A stretch of 64,000 nt of DNA, from the NCBI GenBank assembly GCA_045803545.1, contig JBJMOW010000002.1, positions 320,001 to 384,000 of the forward strand. The letters run 5' to 3'. Positions 1-11,729 of this stretch are shown here, in pieces. This stretch comes from Gemmatimonadaceae bacterium. Lineage in GTDB: Bacteria; Gemmatimonadota; Gemmatimonadetes; Gemmatimonadales; Gemmatimonadaceae. Made by a program: the position numbers and the translations under genes. The notes below the pieces were generated by a model. The model saw only the letters and a list, made by a program, of their open reading frames with translations, was not told the DNA's origin and searched no databases. The first letter of the stretch is position 1. Every line of letters begins with the position of its first letter.

Positions 1-108
1 AGAACGAATGGACCTCTGTCCAATATGCCCGAGTTCGCCGCTGCTTTCGGCTGCAAATCCGGCGATCCGATGGTGCGAGCTGATTCCGTTCGACCAGTAA
101 TCTGGTAG
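1..108 (+). CDS. M13 family (neprilysin/PepO-like) metalloendopeptidase, C-terminal fragment
   Basis: Frame 1 reads RTNGPLSNMPEFAAAFGCKSGDPMVRADSVRPVIW*, matching the typical M13 C-terminus (RxNxxxxNxxxFxxAFxC...M...IW). Truncated by the window edge. Confidence 0.8.
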   Translation, partial: RTNGPLSNMPEFAAAFGCKSGDPMVRADSVRPVIW

Positions 109-122
109 TCGTTGTTCGCAAT

Positions 123-161
123 GACGAGGCGTCGGCTCAACCGGCGCCTCGTTCGTTTTTT
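123..161 (+). terminator. Rho-independent terminator after the M13 peptidase
   Basis: ACGAGGCGTCGG-ctcaa-CCGGCGCCTCGT stem-loop followed by a T-rich tail. Confidence 0.7.
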
Positions 162-186
162 CGGCGGCAACGACTAACTTGCAGTC

Positions 187-600
187 ATGACCGCCAGATC
201 TTTCTACTACAGGGAGACGGATGGAATTCGTGTCACCGTTCGCCCCGTCTACCTTCGCGATCATTCCGAGCCGTCACAGAGCCATTATGTTTTCGCGTAC
301 TTCGTGCGCATTGAAAACGTTGGCAAACTTGCGGCGCAGCTTCTGACCAGGCGGTGGCTCATTCACGACTCCGTTGGCGATGGCCTCGATACCGAAGTGA
401 TTGGTGAAGGGGTCGTGGGCGAGCAGCCGACAATCATGCCCGGCGCGGTACATGAGTACCAAAGCTTTTGCATACTGAAGTCGGGCGAAGGTTGGATGGA
501 GGGGCACTACGGTCTCCTGCGTCAGGACGGTGCACCTTTCGAAGCAGCGATCCCACGCTTCATACTCAGCGCCAGCGAATCGACAAGCTTGCCATCATAA
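187..600 (+). CDS. apaG: ApaG domain protein
   Basis: YVFAYFVRIEN, QLLTRRWLI, GEGVVGEQP and GWMEGHY motifs. Confidence 0.93.
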   Translation: MTARSFYYRETDGIRVTVRPVYLRDHSEPSQSHYVFAYFVRIENVGKLAAQLLTRRWLIHDSVGDGLDTEVIGEGVVGEQPTIMPGAVHEYQSFCILKSGEGWMEGHYGLLRQDGAPFEAAIPRFILSASESTSLPS

Positions 601-631
601 CACGCGCACGACAGTTGCCTCGTCCCCGGCT

Positions 632-1261
632 GTGAGCCGCATCTACGATCTCTCTGTTCCGATCAAAACCGGGGGACTTGTCTATCCCGGCAATCCGGAA
701 ATCAGTGTCGAGCTCCAACAGGCTGTCGCCAAGGGTGCCGGCGCCAACGTGTCGCTGGTCCGATTCGGCTCCCACACCGGCACTCACGCGGATGCGCCGC
801 GCCATTTCTTCGACGACGGCCAGGCCGTAGACCAGATTCCGCTCGAGCGTTTGATTGGACCCGCGATGTTGATCACGTTTCCGGACGACGTAAAGTCAGT
901 GACAGCCGAGCATCTGAAATCCAAGAACATCTCCGGTCAGAAGCGCGTGCTGATCCGGACTCGCAACTCCGCGCTGTTGTCGCAGAAGGAATTCGTACCC
1001 GATTACACTTTTCTCGCGCCGGACGGAGCCCAATACCTCGTTGACATCGGTATCGAGCTCGTCGGTGTGGATTATCTCTCCATCGAACAGTTCCACTCCG
1101 GCCACCACCGGACGCACAAAACCTTGCTGGCTCGGTCGGTGGTGATTGTCGAAGGCCTCAACCTCTCCGCCCCGCCGCCGGGCGAGTACCAGTTCATCTG
1201 CCTCCCGCTCCGTCTGGAAGAATGTGACGGCGCACCAGCGCGCGCGGTACTGATTTCATGA
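632..1261 (+). CDS. Cyclase-family metal-dependent hydrolase (KynB-like)
   Basis: IYDLS..YPGNP, HTGTHADAPRH metal motif, GVDYLS, H..LL, IVEGLNL, DGAPARA. Likely start is GTG at 632. Confidence 0.88.
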   Translation: MSRIYDLSVPIKTGGLVYPGNPEISVELQQAVAKGAGANVSLVRFGSHTGTHADAPRHFFDDGQAVDQIPLERLIGPAMLITFPDDVKSVTAEHLKSKNISGQKRVLIRTRNSALLSQKEFVPDYTFLAPDGAQYLVDIGIELVGVDYLSIEQFHSGHHRTHKTLLARSVVIVEGLNLSAPPPGEYQFICLPLRLEECDGAPARAVLIS

Positions 1262-1881
1262 CCGAGGTCAATCACATCTTCTTCGACATCGGCGGTGTAC
1301 TCGGCTCCAACGGCTGGGACCGAGAGCAGCGCAATCGCGCTGTTGAGCGGTTTCATCTCGATGCCGAGGATTTTCAGTGGCGCCACGAGGACGTGGTCGG
1401 CGAATGGGAGGAGGGGCGCATTACTCTCGACGAGTATCTCGACATCTCCGTCTTCCATACGGAGCGCAAGTTCACGAGGAGCGCCTTCATCAGGTTCATG
1501 CTCGACCAGAGTGTAGCACACCCTGAAGCAATCGCCGTCGCCCGCTCGCTCGCGCAGACGCGTCAATTTCGGATGATGACGCTCAACAACGAGTCGGAAG
1601 AGCTCAACAATTATCGCATTCGCGAGTTTGGGCTGGCCCCAATTTTTGAGGCGTTCATTTCCTCCTGCTGGCTCAGTGTGCGCAAACCCTTCCGGCGCTT
1701 TTACAATCGAGCCCTCGGTATTGCGCAATGCGAGCCGTCTCGCTCGCTGTTCATCGACGACCGGCAGCAGAATCTCACACCGGCCAAATCGATGGGGATG
1801 AACGTCATTCTGTACCAATCGGCACCGCAGCTGCGCGCCGACCTGGAAGCTTTTCTCCAATTGCAACTTTCCGGAGCCTGA
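1258..1881 (+). CDS. HAD superfamily phosphatase (YihX-like)
   Basis: FFDIGGVL motif I, RKP, FIDDR motif IV. Confidence 0.85.
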   Translation: MTEVNHIFFDIGGVLGSNGWDREQRNRAVERFHLDAEDFQWRHEDVVGEWEEGRITLDEYLDISVFHTERKFTRSAFIRFMLDQSVAHPEAIAVARSLAQTRQFRMMTLNNESEELNNYRIREFGLAPIFEAFISSCWLSVRKPFRRFYNRALGIAQCEPSRSLFIDDRQQNLTPAKSMGMNVILYQSAPQLRADLEAFLQLQLSGA

Positions 1882-1885
1882 GCAA

Positions 1886-2785
1886 ATGCGTCTTGCGATG
1901 ATCGGATTGGGACGGATGGGCGGAAACATGACCGAGCGGCTCATGAAAGGCGGTCACGAGGTCGTCGCGTTTGACCGCACACCCGCGACGGTGCAGAAGT
2001 ACGAAGCCCTGGGTGCGAAGGGCGCGCACACCCTCCGCGAAGTCCTGGACAATCTCAAAGCACCGCGCATTGTCTGGATCATGGTGCCCGCCGGTAAGCC
2101 GGTTGACGACACCATCGCTCAGCTAATGTCGGGTCTGTCGAAAGGTGATGTCATCATTGATGGCGGCAACTCGAACTTTCACGACACCATGCGCCGCGCG
2201 GCCGACCTCGCGACAAAGGGAATTCATTTCGTCGATTCAGGAACCAGCGGCGGCATTTGGGGCCTCGCCAACGGTTATTGCCTGATGATTGGCGCGTCCG
2301 AGGAGTCGTTCAAACTCTGCGAGCCGATTTTCCGCACGCTTGCGCCGAAGGATGGCTACGCTCGCATGGGCCCGCCCGGTTCGGGGCACTATGTGAAGAT
2401 GGTGCACAACGGCATCGAGTACGGTATGCTCCAGGCCTACGCCGAGGGTTACGAGATCCTTCACGCTTCAAAGGAATTCAAGCTCGACCTCCACGAGATC
2501 GCCGCCGTCTGGAATCATGGCAGCGTGGTGAGATCCTGGCTCAACGAGCTCGCCGAGACCGCGTTTGAGAAGGACATCGATCTGAAAGATCTGCGCGGCT
2601 ACGTCGAGGATTCCGGCGAGGGACGCTGGACGGTGCAGGAAGCGATCGACCTCGATGTCCCGGCACCAGTGATCACCCTTTCGTTGTTGACGAGACTTCG
2701 CTCGCGCCAGGCGGACTCGTTCTCCGCCAAAGTCATCGCCGCCCTGCGAAACGAATTTGGCGGACACGCGGTAAAGAAGTCATGA
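1886..2785 (+). CDS. gnd: 6-phosphogluconate dehydrogenase, decarboxylating (short YqeC type)
   Basis: [41 protein letters not shown]. Confidence 0.95.
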   Translation: MRLAMIGLGRMGGNMTERLMKGGHEVVAFDRTPATVQKYEALGAKGAHTLREVLDNLKAPRIVWIMVPAGKPVDDTIAQLMSGLSKGDVIIDGGNSNFHDTMRRAADLATKGIHFVDSGTSGGIWGLANGYCLMIGASEESFKLCEPIFRTLAPKDGYARMGPPGSGHYVKMVHNGIEYGMLQAYAEGYEILHASKEFKLDLHEIAAVWNHGSVVRSWLNELAETAFEKDIDLKDLRGYVEDSGEGRWTVQEAIDLDVPAPVITLSLLTRLRSRQADSFSAKVIAALRNEFGGHAVKKS

Positions 2786-4356
2786 GAACACCACAAGCAG
2801 TGCCACTCGTAAGGGCGCCGCGGAAGCGCGGCAGTCGCGACAAGGCTGATCCGTGCACACTCGTCATCTTCGGCGGCGCCGGCGATCTCACCAAGCGCAA
2901 GCTGATTCCCGCGATCTACTACCTCGCCGAGCAGAAACTGCTGCCGGACAATTTCGCGCTGCTCGGCGTCGCGCGCGATCAGAACACCGATGACAGTTAT
3001 CGCGCAATGATGCGCGACGCGATGAACAAGTCCGACGAGATCCACAAGGTCAACGACGATGTGTGGCAGTGGCTATGCCAGCGGACTTTTTACGCAGGCG
3101 GTGATTTCACCACTGAGGCCGCCTACGCCAACATCGAGAAGCGTCTCAACGAAATCGAGTCGCGCTCCGAGCAGCAGGATCGCAACCGGTTGTTCTACCT
3201 GGCGATTCCGCCGAGCGTATTCGAGGTCACGTTGAAGCACCTCTGCACGAGCGGACTTGCGTGGCGCACGCACTCGTACGAAGAGCGGCCCTGGATTCGT
3301 GCAGTTGTCGAAAAGCCGTTTGGGACCAGTCTCGACTCCGCGCGCGCGCTCAACCGGCTGGTCCTCGATGAGTTCGGCGAGCACCAGATCTACCGCATCG
3401 ATCACTATCTCGGGAAAGAGAGCGTTCAGAACATCCTGGTGTTCCGCTTCGCGAACTCGATCTTCGAGCCCCTCTGGAATCGCCATTACATCTCGCACGT
3501 GCAGATCACCGCTGCCGAATCGGTGGGCGTGGAAGGACGCGGCAAGTACTACGAGGAAGCCGGTGTGATGCGGGACATGTTCCAGAATCACCTGCTGCAG
3601 CTGTTGACACTGGCAGCGATGGAGCCGCCAAGCTCTTTCACCGCCGACGCAGTGCGCGACGAGAAAGTGAAAGTGCTTCATTCACTTCGGCCGCTGGTCA
3701 ATGACGATTGTCCACCGGCTGTCGTGCGAGCGCAGTATGGGCCAGGCCAGATGGATGGGAAGTCGGTTCCGGGCTACACCAGCGAACCCGACGTTGCGCC
3801 GCGTTCATTGACGCCCACCTTCGCTGCGATGAAGGTCCTGATCGACAACTGGCGGTGGAAAGGAATTCCGTTTTACCTGCGCTCCGGCAAGCGAATGGAG
3901 CGTCGGGTTTCCGAAATCGCGATCCAGTTTCGTTCGCCGCCGCTTTTGTTGTTCGGTCAAAAAGCAGTCGAAGAGATGTCGCCGAGCGTATTGGTGCTTC
4001 GCGTTCAGCCGAACGAGGGGATCTCGCTTCGCTTCCAGGTCAAAACGCCCGGTGCGATGCACGAGCTCACCCCCGGACTGGAGATTACGCCGGTCGACAT
4101 GGATTTCACCTACGCCGAGGCGTTTGGCAATGACGCGCACCCGGCGTACGAAACGCTGCTGCTCGATTGCATGATCGGAGATCCTACTCTTTTCACTCGC
4201 AGCGACGAGGTGGAGATGGCGTGGTCGATCATCGATCCCGTGCTGGATTACTGGCAAAGGCATCCGGTGGAAAACCTGCCCACCTACCCAGCGGGCAGCT
4301 GGGGCCCAACGGAAGCAAACTCATTGCTCGATGGAGACCACACTCGTTGGCGATAG
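2782..4356 (+). CDS. zwf: Glucose-6-phosphate 1-dehydrogenase
   Basis: [38 protein letters not shown]. Confidence 0.97.
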   Translation: MRTPQAVPLVRAPRKRGSRDKADPCTLVIFGGAGDLTKRKLIPAIYYLAEQKLLPDNFALLGVARDQNTDDSYRAMMRDAMNKSDEIHKVNDDVWQWLCQRTFYAGGDFTTEAAYANIEKRLNEIESRSEQQDRNRLFYLAIPPSVFEVTLKHLCTSGLAWRTHSYEERPWIRAVVEKPFGTSLDSARALNRLVLDEFGEHQIYRIDHYLGKESVQNILVFRFANSIFEPLWNRHYISHVQITAAESVGVEGRGKYYEEAGVMRDMFQNHLLQLLTLAAMEPPSSFTADAVRDEKVKVLHSLRPLVNDDCPPAVVRAQYGPGQMDGKSVPGYTSEPDVAPRSLTPTFAAMKVLIDNWRWKGIPFYLRSGKRMERRVSEIAIQFRSPPLLLFGQKAVEEMSPSVLVLRVQPNEGISLRFQVKTPGAMHELTPGLEITPVDMDFTYAEAFGNDAHPAYETLLLDCMIGDPTLFTRSDEVEMAWSIIDPVLDYWQRHPVENLPTYPAGSWGPTEANSLLDGDHTRWR

Positions 4357-4358
4357 CC

Positions 4359-6338
4359 GTGCAAATCCTCGCTCTGTTGGCAGTCGTGCTCAGTTCCGCC
4401 GCGTGCCAGAACCCTAAGTCCAGTCAACAAGACTCAGCCCGTATCCTCGAGGGGGATACAGCGGCTCACGTGCTGCCGACCGACGATCGTGCGCTTGTAC
4501 TGCGCGCGCGGGAGCTCGACCGAGCTGATAGCCTCGATCAGGCGCGTGCTGCTTACGCGGATGCTGCCGCGAGGCTCCCGCAGCTTTCAGACTGGCTGTA
4601 CCTTCGCGCGGCCGGCGTGACCGCTGACAGTAGCCAGCGCGCGTCTTACTTCGCGAAGGTCCACGGGGACGTCGCACGTAGTCGCGTTCCGGTCACCGAC
4701 GCTATCGCGCGCGAGCGGACTCATGATCTCGCCGGCGCAATCCGCGCCTACACCGCCGCCGGAGAACGACTCGACGCGTTGCGGCTGCGTGTCAATCCTC
4801 CCTCTGACGAAGCGTCCCGCGCCGCGGCGCGCGGAGACCTGTTGGCCTTCATCTCTTCGTCGGGCAATTCGGCTGACGTTCGCACTGCCGTCGATTTGTT
4901 CGACAAGGTCTTCACGACTACGACTCCGGGCGAAGAGCTGTCGCTTGCGCGCGCTGCGAGCAAAGCGGGTTTGCCCGAGCGCGCCGCCAAGGGCTATGCG
5001 AAAGCGATCGCCGCCGGGCTTGGCGACGCGTCCGACAATTTCTCGTACGGCTCGGTTCTGTTTCGCCTGCGGCGCTACCCCGATGCGGCAAACCAGTTTG
5101 CGCGGGTGAGCTCACCACCCAATCTGGCAGCCGCTGCGCAATATCAACGTGCCCGCGCGCAGATCGCAGCGGGCAACAATGCGCTGGGACGCGCCACGTT
5201 ACGCGCGATAACGACGGCTTTTCCGAAAGACACGAGCTCGGCGTCGGCGTTGCTGCTCCTCGCGGATCTCGCCACCGACGAAAACCGCGATCAGGACGCG
5301 AGAGCAGCCTTGATGACGTTGTTGAAGCGGTTCCCGTCGGGTCGGCACGCCGCCACGGCGCGCTTCCGCGCAGGCATGATCGCCTATATCCAGACCGACA
5401 GAAAGTCTGCCGCCGCGGAATTCGATTCACTCTACACGCGCGACTCGAACAGCACCGATGGTCTCGCATCGCTATACTGGGCCGGGCGCTCTTACGCAGC
5501 GTTGGGAAACAAAGCAAAGGCAAATGAAAGGTGGCGGGCGCTCATCAAGCGCGAGCCACTGAGCTATTACGCGGTGATGGCGGCAAAGAGACTGGACACG
5601 ACATTGGTGTCGCCTGATCGCTCGCCGCCGAACTACGCTAGAATCCCAGCCGTCGATTCCGCGCTGAATCGGATCGTTGGGCTTCGTGATCTCGGTATGG
5701 ATGTCGAGGCCGGGTTCGAGAACGATCGGCTGTTCCGTGATGCGCTTGGCGATCAGCGGCGAATGGTCGCGACGGCGCACGCGCTCGCTGGCAGCGATCA
5801 ATCATCGCGATCGATCGCGCTCGGGAAGAAGGCACTCGACGATATCGGTTACAGTCCGGAAAATTTCCGGCTTTACTTCCCGGTGCTGGAACGTGAGACA
5901 CTGATCTCGAGCTCGAAAGAAAACCGTTTGGATCCAGCTCTCGTCGCAGCGGTGATCCGACAGGAGTCCAGCTTCAATCCGCAGGCGACGTCGCCGGCCG
6001 GTGCGCGTGGATTGATGCAGCTCATGCCGCCCGTCGGTCAGGCGCTCGCCGCGCAAAAGGGGATTGGTCCCTGGAATCCGGATCTTCTCTATCAGCCGGA
6101 CGTGAGCATCAAGCTTGGCACCACTCACCTCAGCGAGCTGGTGCGAAAATACCCGGAAGTCGTGAAAGCCTTAGCCGCTTACAACGCCGGCGAATCGAGG
6201 GTCGAGAAATGGTCGACGAAGGCGGGCGCAAACGATCCGGAAGTATTCACGGAGCGCATTCCTTTCGTTGAAACGCGCGATTACGTGCGAACCATTCTTC
6301 GCAATCGCGCATACTACCAGGCGCTTTATCCCTGGTAG
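4359..6338 (+). CDS. Lipoprotein soluble lytic transglycosylase with TPR-like helical repeats
   Basis: GTG at 4359 gives a signal peptide ending SAAC. C-terminal SLT motifs RQESSF, GARGLMQLMP, AAYNAG, IPFVETRDYV. Confidence 0.88.
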   Translation: MQILALLAVVLSSAACQNPKSSQQDSARILEGDTAAHVLPTDDRALVLRARELDRADSLDQARAAYADAAARLPQLSDWLYLRAAGVTADSSQRASYFAKVHGDVARSRVPVTDAIARERTHDLAGAIRAYTAAGERLDALRLRVNPPSDEASRAAARGDLLAFISSSGNSADVRTAVDLFDKVFTTTTPGEELSLARAASKAGLPERAAKGYAKAIAAGLGDASDNFSYGSVLFRLRRYPDAANQFARVSSPPNLAAAAQYQRARAQIAAGNNALGRATLRAITTAFPKDTSSASALLLLADLATDENRDQDARAALMTLLKRFPSGRHAATARFRAGMIAYIQTDRKSAAAEFDSLYTRDSNSTDGLASLYWAGRSYAALGNKAKANERWRALIKREPLSYYAVMAAKRLDTTLVSPDRSPPNYARIPAVDSALNRIVGLRDLGMDVEAGFENDRLFRDALGDQRRMVATAHALAGSDQSSRSIALGKKALDDIGYSPENFRLYFPVLERETLISSSKENRLDPALVAAVIRQESSFNPQATSPAGARGLMQLMPPVGQALAAQKGIGPWNPDLLYQPDVSIKLGTTHLSELVRKYPEVVKALAAYNAGESRVEKWSTKAGANDPEVFTERIPFVETRDYVRTILRNRAYYQALYPW

Positions 6339-6529
6339 CGCTCGACGTCCGTGTTCTCTGGTAGCTCGCCGCGGCGCCGCTTGAACCAGTCCAGCAGCCA
6401 CGTCCCTGGAATTGCGAACAGGGGCGTAAGAAAAAATCCGAGCAGGGAATTGAGCCAGATCAGCGCGATGTAAAACGCGATCAGGCCGAATGAAACCCAG
6501 AGCGTACCGAGTGGACCGTGCGTTTCCAA
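6326..6529 (-). CDS. Small membrane protein (about 67 aa, 2 TM), hypothetical
   Basis: Hydrophobic ORF filling the slt-tilS gap. TTG at 6529 has AAGGGA upstream. Confidence 0.45.
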   Translation of the reverse strand: METHGPLGTLWVSFGLIAFYIALIWLNSLLGFFLTPLFAIPGTWLLDWFKRRRGELPENTDVERYQG

Positions 6530-6566
6530 GCGGAAATCCCTTGTGGATAGGTAGATTAAAGCTACC

Positions 6567-7556
6567 ATGGTCGCCCTCCGTATTGAAGTTTCCGCGCAGC
6601 TCGAAAACGCGGTCGTGCGCGCGCTGAATAGCTGCTCCGTTGCGCTGCTTGCCGTGAGTGGTGGGCTCGACTCAATGGCACTTTTGTTCGCCGCGTCCAG
6701 GGTTCCGCACGCCAGCCGTAAGCGTATCGTTGTCGGCACCTTCGATCACGGCACTGGTCCAAGTGCGCGCAACGCGGCGGCGGTGGTCGCACGCGAATGT
6801 TCCCGCATCGGCCTCGAGTGCGTGACTGGCCGGGCAACGTTCGCGGGAACTCGCGAGGAGGAGTGGCGCCACGCGCGCTGGGAGTTCCTCCAGGAGCTGG
6901 CCGCACTCCGCGGCGCCAGTGTGGTTACCGCCCACACGCGGGATGACCAGGTCGAGACCGTGTTCATGCGAATTCTGCGCGAAGCGGGACCGCGCGGACT
7001 CGCCGGGCTCTACGCCGAGTCGGAAGTCGTGCGCCCATTCCTCGACACAGACCGGGCGACGCTCGAGCGCTACGTGCGCCAGCACAGCATCCGTTACGTC
7101 GAAGATCCCTCCAACAAGGATCGCCGGCATCTGCGAAATCGAGTGAGATTGGACATTCTGCCATCAATCCTCAGAAAGCATCCCACATTCGCCGAAGAGC
7201 TGCTAACGCTGGCTCGCCGGTCCGCTGAGTGGCGGCGTTCCCTTGAGGAAATCCTTCCGGCCATCGACGCAACCCCTGAGCGCGATGGGGCATTGCGGGT
7301 TAGTCGCTCGAGCCTGCGTGGATACGACGCTGACTCACTGCGCGTCCTCTGGCCCGCGCTGGCGGCGCGCGCAAGTGTCGTGATGGACCGCCGCGGAACC
7401 CACCGCGCGGCGGAGTTTACAATGAAGGGAGCAACGGGAGGCGCAATTCAGCTCTCTGGCGGAGTGGAAATCGTGATGTCACGTGAGCACATGCTGCTCC
7501 GACGCGCGGCCCACATTGGGCGGGTGCGGACCGCGTCGCGGGAAACGCGCGCGTGA
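6567..7556 (+). CDS. tilS: tRNA(Ile)-lysidine synthetase
   Basis: AVSGGLDS PP-loop, TAHTRDDQVET, EDPSN, RNRVR; sits in the tilS-hpt-ftsH context. Confidence 0.92.
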   Translation: MVALRIEVSAQLENAVVRALNSCSVALLAVSGGLDSMALLFAASRVPHASRKRIVVGTFDHGTGPSARNAAAVVARECSRIGLECVTGRATFAGTREEEWRHARWEFLQELAALRGASVVTAHTRDDQVETVFMRILREAGPRGLAGLYAESEVVRPFLDTDRATLERYVRQHSIRYVEDPSNKDRRHLRNRVRLDILPSILRKHPTFAEELLTLARRSAEWRRSLEEILPAIDATPERDGALRVSRSSLRGYDADSLRVLWPALAARASVVMDRRGTHRAAEFTMKGATGGAIQLSGGVEIVMSREHMLLRRAAHIGRVRTASRETRA

Positions 7557-8115
7557 CTAGCAGTCTACGTCCGAAGACTGCTGATCCACGCCTCTCCGGT
7601 CGAGCTGTAAAACGTATTGCCTTCGATGAGGATGCGATTGCGCGTCGGGTTGCAGAGCTCGGCGGCGAAATTACAAGCGCTTATACCGACGGCGATCTTT
7701 TGGTTCTGGGCTTGCTGAAAGGAAGCTTCATTTTTCTCAGCGATCTAGTACGTCAGATCAGTCGTCCACTTCAGGTCGATTTTCTCGTCGCCTCGAGTTA
7801 CGGAGATGGGACGGTTTCCAGCGGCACCGTGAACCTCGTTTACGACCCCGAAACACGCCTGGAGGGCAAGGACATACTCCTGGTAGAGGATATCGTTGAT
7901 TCGGGCCGCACTTTGAATCGTCTCATGACTATACTGCAGGAAAGGAAGCCGAGGTCGCTGGAAATCTGTGCCCTGCTTCATAAACGCATTGCAAAGGACC
8001 TGGCGTACAACACGAAGTTCGTTGGTTTTGATGCTCCGAATGAATTTCTGGTTGGATACGGGCTTGATCACGCGGAGAATTTCCGCCATTTGCCGTACAT
8101 AGCGAGTTTGCAGTA

Positions 8116-8116
<1 letters not shown>
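7553..8116 (+). CDS. hpt: Hypoxanthine phosphoribosyltransferase
   Basis: LKGSFIF, VEDIVDSGRTL PRPP motif, FLVGYGLD. Confidence 0.96.
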
Positions 8117-10100
<1,984 letters not shown>

Positions 10101-10104
<4 letters not shown>

Positions 10105-11009
10105 TGTTCACCTGGCCGTCAAAATCTCAGCGGCCAATGATTTTCGGAATTCTCAACGTTACCCCCGACAGCTTTAGCGACGGGGGTAATTTTGCTTCTA
10201 CGGAATCTGCGCTGGCTCAAGCGGATCGCATGATCTCCGAAGGCGCTGACGCCGTCGACATCGGCGGCGAGTCGACCCGCCCTGGCGCGAAGCCGGTTCC
10301 CGCGCGCGATGAAATGAAACGCGTGCTGCCCGTCATCCGCGGCATTCGATCACGTTGGGGCGACATTCCGATTTCGGTTGACACGGTTAAGGCCGAAGTC
10401 GCCAAGGCCGCTCTCGCCGAGGGCGCGTCGATCGTCAACGACGTCTCGGGCATGTCGCTCGATCCGGCGATGGCATCGGTATGCGCGGAAGCCGGCTGCA
10501 ACGTGGTGCTGATGCACTCACGCGGTACAGTTGCCGACATGGCAAGCTATGAGAACGCGGTCTATGGCGACGATCCGGTGGGCGAAATCATTTCCGAGCT
10601 CGACGAAGCGGTTCAGCTGGCTCAGAACGCCGGCATTCATCCGGCGCGAATTGCGGTCGATCCCGGGATCGGTTTCTCCAAGAAAACGGGGCACTCATTG
10701 GCTGTGCTTGTGGAGCTGCAGCGAATCGTCGCGCTCGGTTTTCCGGTCTTTGTCGGCGCGTCACGCAAGCGTGTCATCGCCGAGTTGATCCGGTACACCA
10801 CTGTAACGGGGAGTCCATCATCGGGGACCACGCTCGCGCCACAGACGATCTCTCATGACGATCGGGATATGACGACGGTTGGTGTCAACGTCGTCGCATT
10901 CTACTCCGGGGCGCGCGCCTTCCGTGTACATCGGGTACGACCGAACCGTTTAGCACTGGACGCGGCGTGGGCTCTGACCCCCGAAGAATCAGAGCTCTAC
11001 GCCCGCTAG
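10101..11009 (+). CDS. folP: Dihydropteroate synthase
   Basis: GILNVTPDSFSDGG, DIGGESTRPG, DPGIGF, SRK, RVH. Confidence 0.96.
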
Positions 11010-11665
11010 CCAACCGCGAGCGGGGGCGTCGTCTCCAGGATAATCTTCTTCCGCGCCAGCACCCAGATCACCAGCCAGGTTGCGACGATATCGATCAGGA
11101 CTATGGTGGGTAGCCTTGCCGGGTTGGAAGCGAGACTGGCGAACGATCCGTGGGGCGGAAACATCAACGGCAAGTTGATGAGATTGAATACGACGATTCC
11201 GATCAACAAGCCGCGCGATCCGCCAAAGAGCCGCCAGCATCCGATGCAGAACAGCAACTCCACGACGAAATCGAGTAGCGGAATTGCCTGAAGGTTGAGG
11301 CCGATGCGCGGGCCCCATGCCATCGGCAGCAGCGCGATGTTCGGCTCGTGATGGATGATGTCGAGCACGATGTGCGAGAACACTCCCAGTGCGACTGCCG
11401 TTCCAACGGTCGTGCGGCGGCCGGCGCGCCCGAACGCAACGGCGAGCCCGGCCAGTATGAGGCCCGTGCCGATCGAGTGCGAATAGGGAATGAAATCGAG
11501 GTGTACGGCGTTCGGCGTAATCTGGGCGTGCTCGATTCCGAGGTAGCTGAACAAGACCCACAGCAGCTCAATGAACTGCACCGAGATGAGCAACGGCCAG
11601 AGTCCCACGCGAGGGTACCGTCGTTTGATCACTAGCGCTGTTGAGGCGTGCGCGATGACGTACGT
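11006..11665 (-). CDS. Integral membrane protein, probable metal-dependent hydrolase-like
   Basis: About 6 TM segments with YSHS and SHIVLD.IHH motifs. Start placed at ACG 11665 after GGAGG; the ORF track starts it at GTG 11632. Confidence 0.65.
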   Translation of the reverse strand, partial: TYVIAHASTALVIKRRYPRVGLWPLLISVQFIELLWVLFSYLGIEHAQITPNAVHLDFIPYSHSIGTGLILAGLAVAFGRAGRRTTVGTAVALGVFSHIVLDIIHHEPNIALLPMAWGPRIGLNLQAIPLLDFVVELLFCIGCWRLFGGSRGLLIGIVVFNLINLPLMFPPHGSFASLASNPARLPTIVLIDIVATWLVIWVLARKKIILETTPPLAVG

Positions 11666-11729
11666 TGTTTCCTCCGGTCTTTTCCTGGCGTCAGTTAGTG
11701 CGCTGATTCGAGAATCTTGAGTTGCTGAT

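Noticed and set aside
4167..4358. Upstream extensions in the ORF track (slt here; also cyclase, recN, cmk, rpsB, frr, BCCP, sensor kinase, TopIB)
   Set aside because: They overlap upstream genes or lack homology. The downstream starts fit signal peptides, RBSs or family N-termini.
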